Under the pieces are notes generated by a model that was not told where the DNA came from, made no database searches, and was given only the letters and a program-made list of their open reading frames with translations. From contig CAJFCJ010000020.1 in NCBI GenBank assembly GCA_904063045.1, forward strand, positions 1,666,916 through 1,730,915: DNA of 64,000 nt. Reading direction: 5' to 3'. Both the position numbers and the translations under genes were made by a program. This document shows, piece by piece, positions 25,933-37,584 of the stretch. This DNA is from Dimorphilus gyrociliatus. Lineage: Eukaryota; Animalia; Annelida. The stretch's first letter is position 1; every line of letters begins with the position of its first letter.

Positions 25933-25940
25933 ACCCGCAT
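25933..25940 (+). promoter_or_regulatory. Perfect GCM-binding octamer ACCCGCAT 3' of gcm
   Basis: Exact match to the established (A/G)CCCGCAT GCM consensus, about 235 bp after the gcm stop codon. Confidence 0.35.
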
Positions 25941-27574
25941 AATAATAGAACTAGGCTATAAAAATCGACTTTTAACGTCTACAGCTACTTAGATATACAC
26001 AATTAGAAAAGAACGAGAAAGAAAAAAGATTTTTTGAAAGAGGGGAAGAGAAGGGGAGCGAATGTGATAGCTATATTTAAAAATAAGCTAGAAAATGTGA
26101 TTCAAACATTTCCCGCAGATTTTTTTATTATTAATGAATATATTAACACAATTATTATTATTGTAGTTTAATCCCCTGACTTTCTTTTTTCGCCAGCTGT
26201 CACATAGCGGTTTTAAACAGTAAACCCGTAAGTACTGCAGTCATGTCATCATTAACACCTGTTACACTGTATATATTAAATTATCCTGATCGAAATGTTA
26301 ATATGCTGTGTTATTTAAATCATGCTTTTATTATTATTTTTACAGTATAGGTGTTTATAAATATTCATAAGTAGTTATTTTTTACCGTCTAATGGGCATA
26401 ATTTAGACGAAAGAGAACAGAGAAAGGTATATATTGATAAAGAAAGAGAGAGGAGGAAAGTTACAATTGATATAAAAGGTTGTCGGTAGCTCTTTCACGG
26501 TAGCTCGGTAATAAAAAAAGACCTAAAATCGTAATGAAATAAAATTGTTATAGTATTATTCAAACACCCTTTTTATGTAAATTTATATATTTGTCTATTA
26601 ACTCTTTCAACCGTTTATAATTGCTCTTACCAAGTGATACGAAACAGTCGGTCTTATAAGGAGAAAAAAGGATAAAGAAAGGCAGTCGAGGCGAAACGAC
26701 ACATACTTCACATTAACGGCAAGTCAGATGGAAGATATCGTATAATTTCTTACTCATTTACCAATTGAAAAACTAACGTATATATTAACCGCGAAGAGGT
26801 CGACTTAGATAATTAATCAACTCTAAGGTCGACTAATAGTGACGTAATTATGACGTATGCTTCGTTCCCCTCCGTTTCACATTCACAAAAAAACGAGTGA
26901 GCATAGAAAAGCATAAGAAGAGCTAATAATAAAAGCGTCACAGGAAATTCTATAATAGAGTACCTCGTGTGTTTATTTCCCGCCATCAGCTCGGAGTAAA
27001 TAACTCAACGGAACGTTTGACTTGTGTAACGTGTAAAAAGAAATAAAGAAAAAAAAGAAAAGCTTTCAAGGCGTCGTCTGTTAGACGTCGTCGCAATGTA
27101 AGAAACAATAAAATAGTCGTGTTAGTTCCATAAAAGGTCATTCTTTAGATTGTAGTAAAACAGTGTCACGAGCGAGCTTTTTTTATTTCCTTCAATTCAA
27201 AGTTTTTGTTGTTTCTTTTTTATGAGAGCGAAATTGTAAAGTTTATCAATCGATTCAAGCAATGTCTGTATATTGAACTTTTCGCAGTGACATGCGAATA
27301 TCATAATGGAAAAAAAAAGAAGACAGAAAAGAGAAAGAGAAAGAAAGAAAGAGAGACGGAGAGAGAAAGAAACATAGATAGAGATAGATAGAGAGCTAAA
27401 AGCACACGAGCGTATAGGAAAATAAAAAATAACACTCCGATAACATCAGCCACACTCTATGCTGGAACGCATCTACTTTAGGAATATTAATGAGATTGTA
27501 GCCTATTCATACTAATCTATACTTTTAGCGGTTTTTGTTGTAATTTGAAAATGAATGCAGTACGTATGTATTAG

Positions 27575-27602
<28 letters not shown>
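27575..27602. repeat. (TA)14 microsatellite
   Basis: Directly visible. Confidence 0.95.
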
Positions 27603-27605
<3 letters not shown>

Positions 27606-30150
27606 TGTGCGTACTGTATAGTATATATACGGGTTGTCAGAAAGCTTCCGTGACTAAGTATTCTATATCAACGTTTTATCATTAATTCTACAATTCTATT
27701 CAACATAGAACCCAGGATTTCAAACTTTGAATATATATATCAAAATTTATATATATATATATATTGTATATATAAATTTATAGTTTAAACTCTTTTTTTA
27801 AACAAGTTCCCTCTTTTGACCAATATTCGATCACCGCCCATTCGTATCCGCCTCCCTTTCCTATCTCTACAACAGATCCTGTTCAAGAAGTTTTGTGGCT
27901 TTTGTTAAAAAACCAATATAATAGAGAGACTATACAACCGTTCGACTTTTGCAAAAGAAAATAAAGAAGTAAATTGAAAAGGCGGCGCGCACGCGCATTT
28001 AAATAGAAAAAGAATATATAAAAAAAAAGAATTATAAGATAAAAAACGATGGAAAGAAATAGTTTTTTTTTGTTATCTTTTGTCTATTTTTTGTTTTTTG
28101 GATAAATTTTTAATTCTGTTGAATTTAGAATAAAAAAATAACGGAAAATTAAATATTTTCCGAAAATTAGTATTTTTTTCAGCCTTTTCATTTTCTGCGG
28201 GCCGTATCTTTTTTATCTTTAATAATAAACATTATAAACAATTTATTATTATAATTATTATTATCGTACAATAAAGTTATTATCATTTTCTTTCTCTTTC
28301 AGTCTATCATTTCCCCTATATGGGATATTTGTCCAGGAAGTTAACGATTTCCGACTTCCGGCTGTTTGTAAGAGTTTTGAAATTATCTCTGTTGGGTATT
28401 CATATTTTCTAGGCGCGTGCCAACGGAGTATCCAAGAATAAGTAACGCCCACCGTCACCTGGCTTTTTATAAGGCGTTTAGTTAATCGCCATAAATACAC
28501 GCCTCCGTGACGTCTATTATTTACGTAGACAAAAGATAGATGGGCGTAAAGGGGAGGTGGGAAGGGAAAAGGGTAGCGGATGATGGGTGGGCCAGATGAG
28601 TTATTTTTGCAGTTTGGGCGTCAAAAAAAACATAACCATAAAGACTGTTTAAGGAGAGTGAATCTGATGAAGAGAAGAAGCCTTTGAAAAACAAAAAAAA
28701 AAACTCATCTCCATCGGATGGGAGGGCAGCTGCCGAAAACAAAGATCGCGCAGGTGCTTTTTTCGTCTGACTTTTTGTGACATTGGCACCTGGAAAACGG
28801 AAAAGCTGATAAATTACCGACTAACTTCGCTTTTTTTTTTGTAGAAGGACGCTCACGGACCATTTAACTCGGACGTCTGTCTTACGAAATTAAGATAGGT
28901 CATAGGGGTTGGGTCAATTTTCATATTCATTTCTACAGCTCAATCCTCACAATTTGTCACGTTGGAAAAAATGGAACCATTTTTTTACCTTCAATTTCAC
29001 TGTTGACAAAAAGGATTTCTTTAATAATTTTTTCCATATTGTCAGTTATTATGGTTTACAATTACTTAATCCTTTAATCTAATATTTGTGTTTCCACTCT
29101 TCCTTTTATCCCGACCATCTTCTTTTTTTATATAATCTATTCTACAGTAAAATACATAGGTTACAACGGAACCGGAATTCTTCTGTTATGCAGACACTTG
29201 TCATTTTAAGAGGATAAAAGCGGATATATAAAATTAGAAACCTGTTCATATACATTAAAAAATGTGTTTTCTTTTTATAGAAACTTCTCTCTATCTGATT
29301 CTAATAGTTAAAAATATAAAATAACGATAAAAATGTTTATAGATCTCATTTAAACATTTTCTCTTATTTTATTAAATGAATCAGACAGATCGTTAAATAA
29401 ATTTAAAAAAAAAGAGATGGCATAATTAGATAATCATCAAACAGACAGCTGGTATGGCAAAAACACAAAAAAAAGAGTAAAAAACGATTAATTTCTAATA
29501 ATAACACTTCTTTTCTCCTTCCACTTCCCTTGTTAACTTATTCACTGTCTAGTGTAATTTAGAAACTTTTCCCTATTCATTGTTACCTTAATACCTTCAT
29601 TATGACGTAAAGTTTACACAAAATTGTAACCTGATAGTTATATTAAAGACTTTCTTAAACGAGTTCAAAGTTTTCTTCTTTTATGAAAAGCAAGTATTCT
29701 TTTTTTCTTTTTTTTTTTTAATATGATTCATATTTTTATTGGTTAAATGCCTTAAATCTCGCATAAATTAAGCAAATGTACTGTTAATATATTGTATATA
29801 CTATGTTTTTTTTTTACAATATACAGAAGCTAAGTTTAAGAGTTTTTATGCAATAATTTTAACTGTCAAGACATCATTTTAGAGGTTTGTATCAATTTTT
29901 ATAGATATATACAATCAATTGAAAATTGGATACACCTTCTTTTCTTTACTTTGACATTTTAAAGATTAATTTTTGCTATTTGTAGTCTAAACCAATTATT
30001 CTATGTAAGGCAAAGAAATAATAAATAATCTAGATGGCATTAGTTGTTCTCAATATGTTATTGTATTTTTATTGAATAGTGAACTATCTTTTTTACATAT
30101 ATGTCTTTTTTCTAAACACTCGTTAGGACAGTTGATACAAAAGTGACAAA

Positions 30151-31190
30151 ATGACAGCGTGGAATGAAGAAGATGTCATCCTTGTAAAGGCTTCGGATAA
30201 ATGTAGCTTTACTGTTCATTTATATGGTGCAACTCTTATCTCATGGATGATCGATGGGAAAGAATTGATATTTGTGAGGTGAATGCTTTATTAAAACTGT
30301 TCAAGTTTCATTAATAGGTCATTGACTATTTTATAGCGAAAAATCATTATTTGACAACAAGAAGGCAATCAGAGGTGGAATACCGCTTGTATTTCGTTCG
30401 TATATGGTTTTTTCCATTCAAATAGAAAACGTTTACCATGCTATTGTCTTACAGCTAATTTCGGCCCCTGGGAAGCTGGACCTCAACACGGGTTCGCTAG
30501 AATAAATCGATGGACAGTTTCCGACAAACCTCGCAAAGTGAGATAACAAAAGAGTAATTTCAAACAATATTCAAATATTTCTACTTACCTTTGTTATCAA
30601 TCTATTTATAGGATGATGATGGTAATTATCGAGTCTCACTCATCTTGGAATCTAATGATGCGATTCGTTCCATGTGGGGTTATCCGTTTCGCTTGACGTA
30701 TACAATAATTCTCTCTGAAAAGGAGAGGTGTATAAGAACAGAATTTTCTATTGAAAATACCAGCGACAAAGAATTTCCTTGCACGTTTCTTCTTCATACC
30801 TATTTTAAAACTAACGATATCTCTTCCGTTGAGATATCCGGTTTAAAAGGCGCATCCTTCCTGGATAAGGTAGCCGGAGGCACTGGTGTAGAAAATAGAG
30901 ACGTAGTAACAATTGGGGAAAATGTTGACCGAGTTTATGAAAATGTACCTAATGAGACTCTAATTAAAACTTCCACTTATCAATTGAAGATGGTAAAGCA
31001 CAACCTACCAGATACGGTTATTTGGAACCCATGGTCGGAAAAGGCGAAGGCAATGTCAGATTTTGGCGATGAAGAATATCGCACGATGTTCTGCGTTGAA
31101 GCTGGTCATGTCTCAAAACCATTTATAGTTGATCCCGGAACTACACATAAAGCAGAACAATGTATTTCCGTTTTGCATTTAAGCAATTGA
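30151..31190 (+). CDS. Glucose-6-phosphate 1-epimerase-like (aldose 1-epimerase family, YMR099C/YeaD type); exons 30151-30278, 30337-30395, 30455-30537, 30612-31190
   Basis: YGATLISW...LIFVS|EKS.FD.KKAIRGGIPLVF|PNFG...QHGFAR, FLLHTYF, GENVDRVY, LPDTVIWNPW.EKAKAMSDFGDEEY..MFCVEAG. Confidence 0.92.
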
Positions 31191-31551
31191 AAATATATAA
31201 TATAACTCAGACTGTATTTGAAACTTATGCTAATTTATAAATTTAAGGATAATCCTTATTTCCTTCTATCCTTTTAAACTATTGAAGAACACTTGAAAAA
31301 CTGAGTACTCTTATATAAGTTAGCTAAATAAAATACAGCACACTTTAAATGAAAAATTTCTTACAACATGTTTGTTATTCGATTCCCAATTAATAGTTAC
31401 ATATAGGCCTATTAGCTATTTTTGGTTCAAATAAACGTAAATTTACAATATACTTATAATATTTCAAAAGTTTTAATTGATATAAAATGCGTTTATTTGG
31501 TATTTTGAAGTCATTGAATGTGCATACGTTTTGTCCAAATTGTGGTATAAT

Positions 31552-34173
31552 ATGACAAAGGTATATAGTAGTGTTCAAATAATTTTTCTATTGTCATTAT
31601 TCTCAACGCATCAACGAACTACTGGAGAACATACCTGCCTCTTTAATTTTTGTAAATGTTCTGGAGGAAGAGGAGGTAGACAGTAAAGATAGAATAAAAT
31701 TGAAATATTTAATGATTACTCTTTATTTATTTAGCATTTTCGATTGATTGCTCTAATCACGATTTCAAGAATTTGAACGCTTCTGATCTTTTAGAGCAAA
31801 ATTTAACTCCTCAGCAGTTAATATTAAGATCGACCAGTATAAAATCAATACCATCTTTATTAATCGAAAGAAATTTGCTCGAGCTCGTAAACGAATTAGA
31901 TGTAAGCAACAATTTCTTAACAATTATTCCCAACATTACATTAAGTAGGCTGAAGGAGCTAAATCTGAATAATAATCAGATTGGTTTATCTTGGAATGAA
32001 GAAACAAACTTTCGCCATATGGCTGGAATTTCTTGTATATCCCTTGCCAATAATTCAATTACAGCAATTTATGAAGATAATTTCAAAGGCATCAATGAAT
32101 TAAGAACTTTGATATTATCGCATAATCATATTACAAAAATTAGTTATATAGTGTTCAAAGATATTGGTACGTTATATGAAATAGGCCTATCACATAACAA
32201 ACTAAAGGAAATTGAAAACGGAAGTTTTACTCTACCCAGGCTAGAAAAATTGGATTTATCGTTTAATAAATTAAAAACTATCGGAAATATTTTTGGCAAA
32301 GTCGACAGAGTGAAAGAGTTTAATCTGAATAATAATCTCCTTACTTCCTTTACGGCAGCAACTCTGTTTGGTACAAAATTCATAACTAAGATTTTTTTAA
32401 ATAACAACCGATTAAAGAAAATTAATTTTCCAAAATTTAAATTCATTAGAGAATTACAAATTATGAATAATAAGCTAAAGACAATGAATTTAACGCATAT
32501 TTTACATAATCTACATCATCTTAAAGCTGACAATAATCCATTTGAATCAGTCAATAATTGGTTTGAATTACCGAAATTGAAGAGTCTATCCATGATAAAT
32601 TGCGGCCTCCAAGAAATACCGAAGAAATTGAATCAGTCGAATAACTTACTTCATCTTGATTTGTCTAGGAATGCTATTCGGATGATCTATAGTTGTGAAT
32701 TATCACCACTAAAGAAGATTAAGAAATTTGTTATTGATTTTAATCCGATTGAATGTAACTGTAGTTTAGAGTGGTTAAAAAATTGGAAAAGACAAATTGG
32801 CATAAAATTAAAGTGCTTTGAACCTAAATCATTAAGAAATCAGGAACTCTATGATGTACCTCATGAACTTCTTAAATGTCAGTCCGATGATGGTCCCTTT
32901 AAATGTCGTAATGAACATATTTCCACAACTACTCCCCAACCATCGACAACTTATCGATATCGTCCAAAATCTACAAAAATACCTCCTAAACCAACAATAA
33001 TGAATCCTGTAATTTTGAAAGTATACCTAAAGCTAGATACAATTAAACCTTATTTGACATCGGTGGATATAAAATGGCGAAGTTCATCGATGAATAAGGT
33101 AACAATTAATTAATATTTTACATATCTCTTCTGATTTATTCATTCTTCAATAGATATTTGCGTTCAGCATTAAGATTCAAGAAATTGAAGAGGGTTCGGT
33201 TAGTCTTTTACAAGTTCCAAAATATGTTACAAGTCATACCCTTATCGATTTGACTCCGAAAACTCAATATTCTATTTGTGTGGTTGCTCTCGACGATTTT
33301 AATCGTCTCATGGGCAAAGCGTGTACGATATTTAAAACCCTTCAAGAGCCGGAAAATGTAAAATTTACCACTCGAGATATAACAATTGTAGTCGTTATAT
33401 TATGTTGTGTTGTTTCAATATTTGTTGGACTAATATTATTCTATCGTTTTGGACGAAAACCTAAGCGAATAGAGGATGTTTATTCTCCGCAATTAAATTA
33501 TGATACGGAAAATCCTTCAGGTGATGCTCCTCCAAATTACGAGGAATTGAGCTTACAAGAAAGAATTCAACATTTCGACTCGTTGTTTACGGTTGAACTT
33601 TGTGGTTCAAGAAATAGCCAATTAAAACAGTACAAAGAATCACCTGTTAATCCACATAAAAGGTTTAATAATTAAAAATTTCATTAATCCATGTTGGTTA
33701 TCTATAGTCTATTTAATCAATTGTTTAATTTTAGTCATTATATATGCAACGATGAAGTTGGTAAGGAAGGAGAGTCAGAGAGTAGAGAAAACGAAGAAGA
33801 CGAAGAAAATTGTTTTGATTTTAAAGACAATACTTATATAGAGAAGGAGAGCACTGTCTCCAGCCACAAAGAGAGTAGCCCGGTTGAGGCAGAAGATAAA
33901 GAAATAGAGAACGCGAATAATCATGAAGTAGAAAGGAAGAAGAGAAGAAAGAAAAAAAAGAAAAAACAGGGAGATGAAATGGAATCGATAAATAAAGACA
34001 AGGAAGAGAAATTAGATGAGGATGAGGAAAAAGCCAAACAAGTTATTTCCTTGGAAAGTACTGAGCTTGAAGAATTTGAGGAGAAGATTATTGCAGAGAA
34101 GGACGATAGTAGATGTGACAATGTAATCGCTCTATCCCTGCACCAGAATTCAGATAGCGAATGCGACGCCTAG
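31552..34173 (+). CDS. Type I membrane protein: signal peptide, LRRNT, about 12 LRRs, LRRCT, FN3, TM and acidic/basic cytoplasmic tail; exons about 31552-31675, 31736-33099, 33154-33662, 33735-34173
   Basis: Hydrophobic N-terminus and C-x4-CKC cap, LxxLxLxxNxI repeats, NPIECNCSLEW LRRCT, LTPKTQYSICVVA FN3 strand, TM ITIVVVILCCVVSIFVGLILFY. A frame-preserving intron 33663-33734 joins the 33691 ORF as the last exon. Confidence 0.8.
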
Positions 34174-34364
34174 TTACAATCGCTTGAGGAAAGAATATAA
34201 CTATTTTCATTATTTCGTTTTTTTTAATAAAACTTTTAATATCGTTAAAATGAAAGTAAAATTGTCAAGACAATAAATTGGAGATATGTTATTATTTTTT
34301 GGACAGTCACTGAGATTAATAAGTTCTTGAGAGATAGACAGAATATGAGAAATGAAATAGTATT

Positions 34365-37138
34365 CTAACTTTCTTTTTCCATACCCAAGTTGTCTTCACC
34401 TGCTTTTTTATCTTGAATTTCAAACTTTATTTTCACTTCTTCTTGCTTTTTTAGTTTCAAGTCATCTGTTCTATTCACTCCAGCGTTTCCCTCCTTATGT
34501 TTAATTATTTCTGCCATTGATAGAATGACAGGAAGTACAACAAGGGCATGGAAAGCCCCGAAAAGGGCAACCAGTAACATGACTTTGAAGAAAGACCTTA
34601 AGACATACGTACTACTGGTTGCTAAGGGTATAACACAAAGTATAGTCGATAAGCAGCCTAATATAACTGCTTGACCAACAGCGTACAGAGCCGAAGCTGC
34701 TTTCGATTTATTCGAGTGGTTCGTCACATAAGCAAAAGCTAAATGTGCGCTAAAATCTACAGCAAAACCAACGCACATCACCCCTCCTACTGTAGCGACA
34801 ATGTCCATGTAGACATTCCACCACGACATAAATCCGATTACTCCAACACAGATAGAGCCTATTGACAGAGTAACGATGATACTGACAGTAAGATTTGGTA
34901 TGAAAAGAAGAGAAAAGACCAGCATCACACCAGCTGCAATACCCATATTTTGAAGGGCAACTCTACCAACAATCGCCCACTGCTCAGCCAGAGGAAATAT
35001 ATTTGAATAAACAAAAACATTGAGATCTTTGAAATCTGCAACTATATCTCTGGAAACTTGCATAAACTCTTTACGCGCTGTTCCATTTAATACTCCTTTC
35101 GATATAACAAACATTCTTGAAGCGCTAATGGCTCCAGATTCAGGTTTAAATTGTATATCTAAATTCAAAGGAACAACGTCAAGTATAGGTTTTGCAGTAG
35201 CTGAATTGAGCATGAATTGAAGTTGTATGTATAAACTTGCTTCTGAATTGGGCCATTCAAGTCCCTGAGCAGCAAGACCCAATTTAAGGAATCGAGTCCA
35301 TGAAATAGTGACATTTGCACCGTTGAAATATTCATTCGTTTCAAATCTATTAAGTAGCTCTTCAATTCTATTGTAAACTGATTGATTCCAATAAGGTAGT
35401 GGTTTGTCAAAAACTATAGCAACTGGGTGAGTGTAGTTACTATAGTGTTCTCTTAGAGACTGATAATAGCTAGCTACGTATGAGTTATCTGAAACAACAC
35501 GTTCAGCATCCAATCCCTCTTTTATCTTTTCTATTGAACCATAAATGGCTAGTGCAAGATAAGCCATAAACACAATTGTAACAACGACCATTGAAGGTTT
35601 TGACAGTAAAATCCTAGAGTATTGATCTCTCATAAATATCATAATTCCTGACGGGGTTTCACCTTCCAGAGATGGATCCTTGTAATTGTCGCTTATTTGA
35701 CATGTGATACTATTTCTATTCTCATTTTCCAAACGACCAGCTAAGACGAGACATGGACAGAAAAACAGAATTTGCAGAATATAAGCAAACAACAGGCCCA
35801 CTGCAGTGTAGAGGCAGAGTATTCGAACTGCTAGGAAGGGACTAATTGCCCCTAATTTATAAACAAATAGTTTTAGTCTTTTTTGCGGAAAAAACAAAGT
35901 AAACCATACCAATTGCTGTTGCAACAACATTTGTGACTGAAGTTAATGTTATTGCAACGCCAGCTTCTTCCATAGTTTTCATCATTCTTTCTTGAACGCT
36001 TTGCTCATTTATTGTTCTCCTCCAAGCTGTTGTTATAACGAAAGAATCTTGCACTCCAATACCTGGTAAGATGAGAAAAATAGTAAAAGTTATCAAATGC
36101 TTTTCCTATAAGAACTATTTAAAAAAAAACAAAACAATTACCAATTACAAGAAAGACTGATAAGAAAGACAGATCGGTGAACATTACATTGCAGTATCCA
36201 ATTAGGCCAAATGCAGATAGAGCACTTAATATCGACGTAATCAAGGCTGCAAGACCTAAATAGGGTTTAGCCACGACTATATCGGTACTTAGATTTGCTA
36301 TTATACACAAAATAGCAACTGCACCAATAACTATACAGAATTTTGGAATCATATGCTCTGTATTCTTCAACATTTCTTCTGGAATGGAAAGGGAGCAATA
36401 TCTTTGAATTTTAAAATTAGGATAATATTTTGTAAGATTCTCAACAATGTTGAGCATCTCTTTTTCCCAATCTCTTGTATATGTAACATTTTTTCTAAGG
36501 TAAAATAACATTTGAAAGGCTTCAGATGATACAATAGTACCATTTATAACATTACAACTGCCAAAAATATCAGCCATTGGTAAAGGTAAACCTTGACCTG
36601 GAGGTAGATTTGGAATGGGCTTCATATGAGCTGGATAAGATACTGGACCAAAATTGGCAGCATTCATGTTTAGTAAGGTTTCTAGATAAGCATTTACTAC
36701 GCAGTCGGTTTTCCATTTTGCACAAACATCTTTCCAACCATATTCTCCAGTTTTCGCATCTTTAATCGTCTTATAAATTTTTAGTATATCTTCTATTGTT
36801 TCTCTCTTGAATATATTTGAATCGTTAGTATTTGATTCAACAACGACGGAGCACAATTCTCCTATTTCAGAAGATCTAACAACATTAAACAGGCCATTTT
36901 CATCCTCTTTAAAGATCCTTCTCATTCTAGCCTTCTCGTCTAAGGCTTCACTGTTCTCAGGAGCGTAAAGCTGTTCGATGTCGTGCTTCTTACCAAAATC
37001 TAGTAAAGCAACACCTCCACTTAAAGCTCCACATATGATTATAACCAGAACGAGAAAATGTAGAGGCCATTTAGCTAAAACACAACCTATATGCCCAAAA
37101 GCTATAGTCAGATATTTATGAACAATATCAAATTTCAT
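34365..37138 (-). CDS. Patched domain-containing protein (PTCHD3/PTR/daf-6-like RND transporter), about 878 aa; exons 37138-36142, 36062-35910, 35851-34365
   Basis: WPLHFL N-terminal TM, LYAPENSEAL, sterol-sensing domain (SKP-like VVAKPYLG...FLVIG|IGVQDSFVI...EAGVAITLTS) and second half GFAVDFSAH...FFKVMLLVALFGAFHALVVLPVILS. Confidence 0.9.
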
Positions 37139-37584
37139 ATTTTCTATATCCTTTATGTTATTTACGGGTTTAAAATAAAAACTCTTGTCCTAAAATATTT
37201 TATTATTCCTTTAAGACTGCATCACACATATTATTCTTCAATATGAAATTATTGCTACTCAGTATTATAAAAACCTTACTGTTAGATTTTCGCTTCGATG
37301 AACATCTGTACAATTTACGACAAAAAACTGAACAAAAGTAAAATTTAGATATTAGGATAGCATTCGTTCATTACGAACAAATAGATTATTTTAATAGGAT
37401 AAGCTATTTTTATGTTTAGAGGAAAAAAACATGGAACAAAAAGAATCGTTTTTAACATTAAATCACTTTTCAAATATAAGACATTCTTTATGGATATTGT
37501 TTGTTCTAGGAGTCGTTTTCGACATCCTTGGCCCTATTGACAAAATAATTACCAATCTATTTAATTTTTAAGTTTTTGGAATCA

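Noticed and set aside
27206-28742. ORFs 27206-27391, 28261-28500 and 28521-28742 downstream of gcm
   Set aside because: Non-ATG starts, low-complexity or motif-rich non-coding composition, and no domain signal.
33691-34173. Acidic 160-aa ORF as a separate gene
   Set aside because: Its first 14 codons lie in a pyrimidine-rich acceptor region; it fits in frame as the last exon of the LRR-FN3 gene.
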